From NCBI GenBank assembly GCA_938002955.1, contig CALLAA010000050.1:7177-71176 (forward strand): DNA of 64,000 nt, given 5' to 3'. The DNA is from an uncultured Acidimicrobiales bacterium (GTDB taxonomy: Bacteria; Actinomycetota; Acidimicrobiia; Acidimicrobiales; SHLQ01). Position numbers and translations under genes: made by a program. The notes beneath the pieces are model-generated. The model was not told the DNA's origin, ran no database searches, and saw nothing but the letters and a program-made list of their open reading frames with translations. This document shows, piece after piece, positions 29,124 to 37,596 of this stretch (its first letter is position 1; every line of letters begins with the position of its first letter).

Positions 29124-31172
29124 CTAGCGAGCAGTGAGGGCCTCGTCCCAACTTCGATCATGAATCAGCTGATCGAGTCGTTCACCGAATGCGTTCGTCA
29201 ACGCCCGAGCGAACGTAACCGTGAGATGGTTGTTATCGCGCCGTACGAGGAGGTCATCGATAACGGCTGGGCACATGCCATCGACACAGAAGTAGTCGGT
29301 CAGGTCGAGGAGCGGAAGGTCGTGTGCTGCGGCTGCATCGATGATGGGCCGCTCACCGTTGATCGCCTTGTCGATGGGCGTCGCACAGTCGACGAGGTCG
29401 CCGACCAGCAGGGAGGGGCAGTCGAGTCCGATGACGTTGCCGCCGGGCACTGGTCGAACGACCGCTACCGGTACATCGATCTGTCCGAGGTAGTCCCAGG
29501 ACGCAATGTAGGCATTCGTGAGCAGTGTTCGTTCGGCATCGGTGGGGTCGTGCAGGATTCGGTTTTCGCTTACGAGCACCAGGTCGACGCCATGCTCGTC
29601 CACGATCGAGGGCAGCTTGGCCCGTACCGCGTCTGGCCATGTCTCGCACCGCTCGAATCGTTTCGACGCAGAGGGCGCGCCGATCGCGGTGCGACAACCC
29701 GACGCGGCCATCACGGTCAACCGCCAGTCGCGTTCCGCCGCGAGACCTTCGAGGGTCGGCACCCAGTGCGCCGCGTGAGAGTTACCCAGGATGAGCACGT
29801 GGATATCGGCCCGGGGGTTGCCCAACGAACACCGGAACTCGTCGAAACAGCCGGACTCGTAACCGGCGGGGAGCTCCTCACGAGCGTCCATGAAACTTGG
29901 CGTGATTTCCTCGGCGGTCACCTGCACGCCGAGCACCTCCACGACCTGTGGAACATCTTCGGCCGCAACGACGGTCTGCTCGACGTTCGTGGTCGTCTGC
30001 AAGAGCAGAGCTCCCAGCATGTACGCAGCGACGGTCGCGACTCCGCCAAGGGCGACGCCGCGGATCGGCTGAACGAGGGAGCGGTGGTGACGGAAGGGCT
30101 GTTCGATCCAGCGGTAGGAACCTGCAGCGGGGATGAATGAGATCATGATCGCCAGCACCGACTGTGCGACCGACAACGTTCCAAAGAGTGCCATCGCAAA
30201 CCACAACACCGGCCAGTGCCATAGGTACAACGAGTACGAACGCTCGCCGAGCCACTGCATCGGTGAGCTCTCGAGCACACGCGTAACCCCAGGGGTCGCA
30301 CCCAAGGAGCCGCCAGCCAACACGGCACTCGTGCCGGTGACCGGCACGAGTGCCGCAGTGCCGGGGAAAGGCATGGACGCGCCGATGAAGACGCTCGATC
30401 CAACAATGAGCACCAGCCCACCGATGGTTATTGCCGGCGCGAGATGGCGAGCCGCCGACCGGCCCCGCAGACGTTCGGCCACTCCAGGAAGAAGAACGGC
30501 GAGCATCGCCCCCGACGACATTTCCCAGACCCGAGTCGTCGTGACGAAATACGCACGAGCGGGCTCGGTAATCGAGTACCGGTAGGAATAGGCAAAGCTC
30601 AGCGCGGTGATGATGGCGAGTACGGCGAGCAGCGTCCGTCGCGTCCGTCGAATACCGAGCGATGCAGCTGCGAACCCGACCGCCAGAATCAGCAGCGGCC
30701 ACACCGCATAAAATTGCTCCTCGACCGAAAGCGACCAGAAGTGTTGAAGCGGACTCGGCACGTCGGTGCTGTGGTAATCGACCGCTCGCTCCGCGAACAA
30801 CCAGTTGACGATGTACAGGCCGCTTCGTTGGATGTCCCACGAGATGGATCGGCCGTACAGCTGTGGAATGACCAGGTCGGGAATCCACCTGGGCACGATG
30901 AACAGCACAGCGGCGACGGCACCAAGCACCGTGAAGGAGGCGGGAAGCAGCCGGCGGGCACGTTTGGCATAGAAGTCGAGGAGACGGATCGTTCCGGTCG
31001 TCTCGAGCTCGCGAATCAGCAAGCCGGTGATCAGGTAGCCCGAAAGTACGAAGAACACATCGACACCGATGAATCCTGCGGTGACGTACGGAACGCTCGC
31101 GTGGTAAAGCAACACGAGCAGAACCGCGACGGCGCGCAGACCCTGAATATCGTTGCGGAACGCTGTGGACAC
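29124..31172 (-). CDS. Acyltransferase-3 with SGNH domain (OafA/OatA-like O-acetyltransferase)
   Basis: IQGLRAVAV, GVDVFFVLSG, HFWSLSVEEQFY, SYSLYLWHWP, GNSH, DNNH. Confidence 0.92.
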   Translation of the reverse strand: MSTAFRNDIQGLRAVAVLLVLLYHASVPYVTAGFIGVDVFFVLSGYLITGLLIRELETTGTIRLLDFYAKRARRLLPASFTVLGAVAAVLFIVPRWIPDLVIPQLYGRSISWDIQRSGLYIVNWLFAERAVDYHSTDVPSPLQHFWSLSVEEQFYAVWPLLILAVGFAAASLGIRRTRRTLLAVLAIITALSFAYSYRYSITEPARAYFVTTTRVWEMSSGAMLAVLLPGVAERLRGRSAARHLAPAITIGGLVLIVGSSVFIGASMPFPGTAALVPVTGTSAVLAGGSLGATPGVTRVLESSPMQWLGERSYSLYLWHWPVLWFAMALFGTLSVAQSVLAIMISFIPAAGSYRWIEQPFRHHRSLVQPIRGVALGGVATVAAYMLGALLLQTTTNVEQTVVAAEDVPQVVEVLGVQVTAEEITPSFMDAREELPAGYESGCFDEFRCSLGNPRADIHVLILGNSHAAHWVPTLEGLAAERDWRLTVMAASGCRTAIGAPSASKRFERCETWPDAVRAKLPSIVDEHGVDLVLVSENRILHDPTDAERTLLTNAYIASWDYLGQIDVPVAVVRPVPGGNVIGLDCPSLLVGDLVDCATPIDKAINGERPIIDAAAAHDLPLLDLTDYFCVDGMCPAVIDDLLVRRDNNHLTVTFARALTNAFGERLDQLIHDRSWDEALTAR

Positions 31173-31271
31173 CTAGGCCAATCGGCCTACGTCTGTCCAA
31201 ATTGAGAGTCTCCTGCCCACTGGCATGTTAATTCTCGCGACTTTTGGACGCCGCCGAACGTCAATAGGCAC

Positions 31272-31451
31272 GTGAATGAAGAAGTGCAAATGTTCTCGTC
31301 GGCATGGTTCGACCAGATGGGTATCTCAAGCCGCCAGAAGGTAAAGATCTTCGTCTGGATCGCTATCTCACTCGTTCTCGCAGCGATCGCTTCGGTGTTG
31401 CTCGCCGCACCGGTAATGGCTGCCCTCGGAATGACCGCGCTGCTCGGATAA
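31272..31451 (+). CDS. Small membrane protein (53-59 aa), below ORF-track cutoff
   Basis: ...MFSSAWFDQMGISSRQKVKIFVWIAISLVLAAIASVLLAAPVMAALGMTALLG*; basic patch then long hydrophobic stretch; fills the gap. Confidence 0.6.
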   Translation: MNEEVQMFSSAWFDQMGISSRQKVKIFVWIAISLVLAAIASVLLAAPVMAALGMTALLG

Positions 31452-31539
31452 AGACGAGTCGGATCGGCACGATTCCACTACCCACGTGGTGGGGTCGACA
31501 TGGGGTCGACACGCTGCGTTGGCTACGCCGCGAACCGAC

Positions 31540-32130
31540 TTAGGCGGGAACGAGCGCTACCCGAAGAAATCGCAGGAGTTCCTGACGGCGTTCGGCCAGG
31601 GTTCGAAGACTTGGCTCGATACCCATGGCTCGCAACACCTCGACCTCGGTCGCGACTCCCATAATCGTGGAGTAGAGCGAGAACAACAGCAGCCGAGCGT
31701 TACCACCGAGCACCCGTCCCTCTTGCAATGCAGTTTCGAGCGCGTGCTGTGCCGCGTCGATATGCACGGCAAGTCGAGTCGAGAGCTGAACGGCGACCAT
31801 GGAGCCTGGGCGTGATGCTTCTCGCAACAGGCCGAGCAATGCTGGGCGTTGCAGGGCAAGCCGAAAGACGACGCGCACGGCACCTTCGACCTGCGCCCAC
31901 ACGTCGCGTGGGTCGACACCAGAAAAGACGGCGTCCAGTTCGTCAATGAACTCGTTGGCGGCCTCATCGACCACGGCCTGGAACAAGGCATTCTTTGAGT
32001 TGAAGTAGTACAAGATCGATTGCTTGCGGAGCCCGAGCTCCCGAGCGAGTGCGTCGAGCGACGTCCCGTCAACACCGGTGGTGCCGAACGACTCGAGCGC
32101 CGTATCGAGGATCCGCTGACGTGTACTCAC
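31540..32130 (-). CDS. TetR family regulator
   Basis: TRQRILDTA...SLDALARELGLRKQSILYYFNSK HTH; divergent from FAR operon. Confidence 0.92.
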   Translation of the reverse strand: MSTRQRILDTALESFGTTGVDGTSLDALARELGLRKQSILYYFNSKNALFQAVVDEAANEFIDELDAVFSGVDPRDVWAQVEGAVRVVFRLALQRPALLGLLREASRPGSMVAVQLSTRLAVHIDAAQHALETALQEGRVLGGNARLLLFSLYSTIMGVATEVEVLRAMGIEPSLRTLAERRQELLRFLRVALVPA

Positions 32131-32207
32131 ATATCGGAGACTAGGACGAAAAGACTTCTGTCTACCAATTGGTAGAAGCGTGAAAAAGGCTGCTAGAAAC
32201 AGCTTCT

Positions 32208-34592
32208 GTGATCAGCGAAAATCTTGCGGGGAAACGTATCGCCGTCACCGGGTCGACCGGCTTTCTCGGAACCGCGCTTATCGAACGCCTCATCCGATCC
32301 GTCCCCGACTGCGAACTCATACTTCTCGTTCGTCCTGGGCGACGCGGTGCCCAAGCTCGCGTCACCCGAGACGTCTTGAAGAACGACGCCTTCGACGGTC
32401 TCCGCGCCGCACTGGGCAAAGACGACTTCGCCGAGATGTGCACGCGACGGGTGCGCGCGGTTGCTGGAGATGTCGGCACCGACGGCCTCGGCCTGTCTGG
32501 TGAAGACCTCGAACTCTGGCTGACCGCCGATGTGATCATTCACTCCGCGGCGACCGTTTCCTTTGACTCCCCGCTCGACACCGCAGTCGAGGTCAACCTG
32601 CTCGGTCCGCAGCGAATTGCGAACCTGTGTAACGAGCACGGGGTGTCCCCGCATCTCGTGGCGGTGTCCACGTGTTACGTCGCAGGTAGCCGCCGCGGCG
32701 CCGCTCCCGAGCAACTCGTCGACGAAAGCCCCTACTTCGTCGAGGTCGACTGGCGGCGCGAAGTCGACGCAGCACGGCGAAGCCGCCTCGACGAAGAGAC
32801 TGCCAGTCGCCAACCAAAGCGCCTCGAGCAATTCCGGTCGGAGGCCCAACGAGAACTCGGCGCAGTCGGCACGCCAGCACTCGCGGCAAAGACCGAGACG
32901 ATCCGCCAAGCTTGGGTTACAACCCAGATGGTCGAAAACGGCCGTGCCCGAGCATCGTCGCTCGGCTTCCCGGATGCCTACGCATATACAAAGGCTCTCG
33001 GCGAGCTGGCCCTGGTTGAAGCCCGCGGCGAAATCCCGGTGTCGATCGTTCGCCCGTCGATCATCGAGTCGGCCTGGTCCGAACCAACCGCAGGTTGGAT
33101 CCGCGGCTTCCGCATGGCCGAACCGGTCATCATCTCCTACGCCCGTGGTCTACTGAGCGAATTCCCCGGTGTTCCCGAAGGTGTCGTCGATGTCATCCCC
33201 GTCGACATGGTCGTTGCCGCCATCGTCGCCGTTGCAGCGCGCGGCCCCAAAGACGACGGCCCCGATGTCACCCAGGTCGCCTCGGGAAGCGCAAACCCGC
33301 TGCGTTACAAGAACCTCGTCGACTACGCCGAGGATTGGTTCACGAGAAACCCGATCTACGACGAACTGGGACAACCAATCGCGGTCGCAGCATGGCAGTT
33401 CCCGGGCCGCGGCCGTGTCGAGAAGCAGCTCGTCCGTGCTCGAACGAGTCTCGAACGAGCCGACCGTGCGCTCGAGAAGTTGCCGCTCCGGGGAAGAACC
33501 GCCGAATTCGCCATGCAACTCCAGGCCCGCAAAGAGCTCCTCGACCAAGCCTCGGGGTATGTCGAGCTCTACGGCGCGTACGCAGAGTGCGAGGCCCTGT
33601 ACGGACTCGACAATCTGCTCGGGCTGTGGGCCGAACTTTCACCCGAGGACCAAGCCGCGTTCGGCTTCGACCCTCGAGTCATCGATTGGAAGCACTACGT
33701 CCAGAACGTTCACTTACCGTCGGTCGTTCGCCAGGCGCGTGCCAAGACGACCCCGGGAAAGAAGGTCGGCCCAACTCGATCGACACGATTGCGAGGCCAG
33801 GTCCTGTCCCCCGACCGCCAACTCGCCGTCTTCGATCTCGAGAACACGATCATCGCGTCGAACGTCGTCACCTCATTCGCGTGGCTGGCTACCCGGAACC
33901 TCTCCCCTCGCGACCGCGTGATCTTCGCGGCCAAAGCCCTGTCGCAAGGACCTGGTTGGCTCGCCCTCGACCGCAAGGACCGCAGCGACTTCCTGCGCAG
34001 CTTCTACCGCAACTATCGGGGTGCCTATACCGACCAGATCGAAGCTGACGCGCAAGAGCTCCTCAGCCACTATCTGCTCTCGAAGTCCTTCCCAGCCGCT
34101 ATCCGACGCGTCCGTGAGCATCGAGCGCTCGGCCATCGAACGCTGCTCATCACCGGAGCCCTCGAATTCGTCGTCGAACCACTTCGGCCGCTCTTCGATG
34201 ACATCATCTCCGCCGAGATGAGTTCGGTCAACGGGCGATACACCGGTGGCATGACCTCGGTCCCGCCCACGGCCGAGAACCGATACCAAGCGCTGGCCGA
34301 CTACGCCGCCGCCAACGACATCGACCTGCGCGAATCGGTCGCCTACGCCGACTCATCGAGTGATCTTCCGATGCTCGAAGCTGTTGGATTCCCCGTCGCT
34401 GTTAACCCCGAAACAAAGCTCGCTGCCATCGCCCGAAAGCGCGGTTGGTTGGTCGAGGACTTCCGTAAGCAGTCCGGGGCCCCCGGACGACCACTTCCTA
34501 TCGCGCCACGAACCGGCGCCCGTTCTGAACCGATGCTGAGCGCGATGATGAATCGCGGCTCTGGCCTCGCCAAGGAGAAAACCCGCCGATGA
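32208..34592 (+). CDS. Fatty acyl-CoA reductase (NAD_binding_4/male-sterility) fused to HAD-IB phosphatase
   Basis: GSTGFLG, HSAATVSF, YAYTK, RPSII, DVIPVD; C-terminal FDLENT and YADSSSDLPMLEAVG. Confidence 0.88.
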   Translation: MISENLAGKRIAVTGSTGFLGTALIERLIRSVPDCELILLVRPGRRGAQARVTRDVLKNDAFDGLRAALGKDDFAEMCTRRVRAVAGDVGTDGLGLSGEDLELWLTADVIIHSAATVSFDSPLDTAVEVNLLGPQRIANLCNEHGVSPHLVAVSTCYVAGSRRGAAPEQLVDESPYFVEVDWRREVDAARRSRLDEETASRQPKRLEQFRSEAQRELGAVGTPALAAKTETIRQAWVTTQMVENGRARASSLGFPDAYAYTKALGELALVEARGEIPVSIVRPSIIESAWSEPTAGWIRGFRMAEPVIISYARGLLSEFPGVPEGVVDVIPVDMVVAAIVAVAARGPKDDGPDVTQVASGSANPLRYKNLVDYAEDWFTRNPIYDELGQPIAVAAWQFPGRGRVEKQLVRARTSLERADRALEKLPLRGRTAEFAMQLQARKELLDQASGYVELYGAYAECEALYGLDNLLGLWAELSPEDQAAFGFDPRVIDWKHYVQNVHLPSVVRQARAKTTPGKKVGPTRSTRLRGQVLSPDRQLAVFDLENTIIASNVVTSFAWLATRNLSPRDRVIFAAKALSQGPGWLALDRKDRSDFLRSFYRNYRGAYTDQIEADAQELLSHYLLSKSFPAAIRRVREHRALGHRTLLITGALEFVVEPLRPLFDDIISAEMSSVNGRYTGGMTSVPPTAENRYQALADYAAANDIDLRESVAYADSSSDLPMLEAVGFPVAVNPETKLAAIARKRGWLVEDFRKQSGAPGRPLPIAPRTGARSEPMLSAMMNRGSGLAKEKTRR

Positions 34593-36196
34593 GCCCCCGC
34601 AAAGCACCTCGTCCTGGACTCGTGCTCGATGTCGACGCATCTACCCCGCCGGTTCTGTTCCACCACGGTGAGAACTTCCGCATGGAGAAGCTGCCGGTCG
34701 GTCGATCCCGAATCATCTACCCCGCCGAGCCACTGCGCGGGCTGACCGACCCCGATCAGGCGATCCGCGACGCACTCGAGAACCCGATCGACTCCGAGCC
34801 GTTGCGGGCGTTGATGACCGCCGACATGAAGCTCACCATCGCCTTTGACGACATCAGCTTGCCGCTCCCTCCAATGCGCAAGCCCGACATCCGCCAACGC
34901 GTGATCGAAGCGGTTCTCGACATCGCAGCCGAGGTCGGTGTGGACGATGTGCACATCATCGCTGCGCTTGCACTGCACCGTCGGATGACCGAAGACGAGC
35001 TCCGCCACGCCGTTGGCGACCGCGTCTATGACGCGTTTGCTCCGAGCGGACGGCTCTACAACCACGACGCCGAAGACCCCGATGGCATGACCCACCTCGG
35101 CACGACGAACCACGGCGAAGAGGTCCAGATCTCAAAGCGGGCAGTCGACAGCGACCTCACCGTCTACGTGAACATCAATCTCGTGTCCATGGATGGTGGC
35201 CACAAGAGCACGGCGACGGGCTTGTCCGGCTATACCGCGCTGCGACACCACCACAACGTCGACACGATGCAGAAGTCCACGTCGTTTATGGATCCGCCGA
35301 ACTCCGAGCTGCATACGAAGAACTGGCGACAGGGCGACGTCATTCGCAATGCCGGGGTGAAGATTTTCCAGATCGAAACGACGATCAACAACAACACCTT
35401 CGGCGAAACAGGGCCGCTGTCGATGCTGCAAAAGCGCGAGTGGGAATGGACGGGCCGCGACCGCGCCAAGTTCCTCGCAATGCAGGGCGGACTTAGCTAC
35501 ATGACCCCGTCGGCGCGCCGCAAGGTCTTCCACAGTTGGAAGGCCCCATACGAGCTGACGTCGGTTCAGGCCGGCGAGATCGAAGCGGTCCACAAGGTCA
35601 CGACCGAGAACACGTTTGCCCAGCACTTGGTCCCCGTCGAGGGCCAGACCGACATCATGACGATGGGACTCCCATACATTTCGCCCTACAACGTCAACTC
35701 GGTGATGAATCCAATCCTCGTCGCCGTGCTTGGACTTGGGTACTTCTTCAACCTCTACCGGGGAAAGCCACTCGTGCGCGAGGGCGGTGTACTCATCATG
35801 AGCCACCCAACGCCGTGGGACTTCAACCCCGTGCATCATCCGAGCTACATCGACTTCTTCGAACAGGTCTTGTCCGATACGACCGATCCGCACGAAATCG
35901 AGAAGAAGTACGAGAAGCAGTACGCCGAGGACGAGTGGTACCGGCACCTGTACCGCACGAGCTATGCCTACCACGGCGTCCACCCGTTCTACATGTGGTA
36001 CTGGTGCAGCCACGCCCTCCAACACCTCGGTCAGGTCATCATCGTCGGAGGCGATCCCAAGGCGGTCCGGCGTTTGGGCTTCCGCCCGGCCTCGACACTC
36101 CAAGATGCGCTCGAGATGGCGACCGACACGGTTGGGCCTCAGCCAACGATTACCCACTACCACAACCCGCCAATGCTCATGGCGGACGTGAAGTAG
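34589..36196 (+). CDS. Lactate racemase (LarA/DUF2088)-like domain protein
   Basis: ALENPI, IAFDDISLP, ALALHRRMT, NHDAE, GGHKS; ATGA overlap with upstream gene. Confidence 0.75.
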   Translation: MSPRKAPRPGLVLDVDASTPPVLFHHGENFRMEKLPVGRSRIIYPAEPLRGLTDPDQAIRDALENPIDSEPLRALMTADMKLTIAFDDISLPLPPMRKPDIRQRVIEAVLDIAAEVGVDDVHIIAALALHRRMTEDELRHAVGDRVYDAFAPSGRLYNHDAEDPDGMTHLGTTNHGEEVQISKRAVDSDLTVYVNINLVSMDGGHKSTATGLSGYTALRHHHNVDTMQKSTSFMDPPNSELHTKNWRQGDVIRNAGVKIFQIETTINNNTFGETGPLSMLQKREWEWTGRDRAKFLAMQGGLSYMTPSARRKVFHSWKAPYELTSVQAGEIEAVHKVTTENTFAQHLVPVEGQTDIMTMGLPYISPYNVNSVMNPILVAVLGLGYFFNLYRGKPLVREGGVLIMSHPTPWDFNPVHHPSYIDFFEQVLSDTTDPHEIEKKYEKQYAEDEWYRHLYRTSYAYHGVHPFYMWYWCSHALQHLGQVIIVGGDPKAVRRLGFRPASTLQDALEMATDTVGPQPTITHYHNPPMLMADVK

Positions 36197-36202
36197 GCCG
36201 CC

Positions 36203-37177
36203 ATGACCGCTGTTAGCAACTACCGAGCAAAGGTCTCCCAGCGTCTTGCCGGCACCGAGGTTCCCCTCGTCGGCAAGCTACGCAAACCCCTTCAGGCGCT
36301 CCCGTTTCCGTACACGGCACCGACCGTGCCCCAGACGGTAGAGGCCCCGGAGAAGCGGAGCGTGACGGGCACCAACTTCCCGACAGACTGGGCTCGCACC
36401 GAGCCCGCTCGACGCACGCGTGCGGTCCTGATCGACACGATGGTTCGACCAATGATGGCGGGGCTTGCTCAGCCGACCAAGCGCGGCACCGATCGCCTCG
36501 ACGGACTCGTTGGACCTGCCGTCTTTGCCGCGAACCATCACAGTCATGTCGACACCCCCTTGCTGCTCAGCTCGCTACCGATGCCGTGGCGGCACCGCGT
36601 CGTCATTGGAGCCGCAGCCGACTACTTCTTTGGCACGCGGGTCACCGGAGTACTTTCCGCCTTGGTGATCGGCGCAATTCCGATCGACCGGACCAAGATC
36701 AGTCGAGCGTCGACAGACCTTGCGCGCGACCTGATCGACGAAGGGTGGTCGCTCGTCGTCTTCCCTGAAGGTGGCCGAAGCCCCGACGGCTGGGGTCAAC
36801 CGTTCCGCGGCGGCGCTGCCTTTATTGCCCAACGGACCAAGGTTCCCGTGGTTCCAGTCCATATCGAGGGCACCGGTCGGATCCTGCGCAAGGGAAAGAG
36901 CACGCCGACCCCGAGCCGCACGACGATCACCTTTGGCGAGCCCATGTACTGCGGTCCCGACGAGGACGCCCGAGCGTTCAACGATCGGATCGAGGCCCGC
37001 GTCGCCGAACTCGCCGATGAAGCAATGACCAACTGGTGGGACGCTCGCAAGCGAGCACACGCCCAGGACACTCCAGCACTTACCGGACCGCAAACGGCTA
37101 CGTGGCGACGGGTATGGGAACTCGACGCGGACCGGCCCAGACGCAACGGTCCGAAGTCTCGGAGCTGGCCGAAATAA
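36203..37177 (+). CDS. PlsC-type lysophospholipid acyltransferase
   Basis: ANHHSHVD, AAADYFF, FPEGGRS. Confidence 0.9.
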   Translation: MTAVSNYRAKVSQRLAGTEVPLVGKLRKPLQALPFPYTAPTVPQTVEAPEKRSVTGTNFPTDWARTEPARRTRAVLIDTMVRPMMAGLAQPTKRGTDRLDGLVGPAVFAANHHSHVDTPLLLSSLPMPWRHRVVIGAAADYFFGTRVTGVLSALVIGAIPIDRTKISRASTDLARDLIDEGWSLVVFPEGGRSPDGWGQPFRGGAAFIAQRTKVPVVPVHIEGTGRILRKGKSTPTPSRTTITFGEPMYCGPDEDARAFNDRIEARVAELADEAMTNWWDARKRAHAQDTPALTGPQTATWRRVWELDADRPRRNGPKSRSWPK

Positions 37178-37250
37178 CTCCCCGAAGTCCGGGTTCTCGG
37201 GGGTCTTGCTCCCGATTGGGACCGAAGTGGTACCCGAGCGTTCTATAACA

Positions 37251-37434
37251 CGGGCATGGACGGCGGTTCATCCCCGTTCGATGCTCGCGCGTCGAACGGT
37301 TGCTCGTAGCGGGCACCTGCTCAACGTACAAAGATCACGACTTGCGACAATCCCGCCGTCGTGAGTGGCGGCGTGATCTTTCCTAGGCAGGTGCCCCGCT
37401 GCACCTTCACCCCGTTCTTCGAACGGCGCGCCCG
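37251..37434. ncRNA. Candidate rod-shaped structured RNA
   Basis: Nested stems 37306-37320/37387-37402 and 37331-37339/37372-37380, CCGTTC/GAACGG blocks, closing CGGGC/GCCCG. Confidence 0.35.
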
Positions 37435-37596
37435 ATCACTTCGCCGATCACCAGTGCGTTCGGTTCCGGCAACTGTTTTTGTGCAGATGGGTGCCCAAAT
37501 AGGTAACTCTTCGCTATTTCGCGCCAGAATTGTCGTGCTCGCGCTCCCAAACTGGGCCAAACTGGGGTCGGCGGTTGGAAGGATTGTGCACGATTT

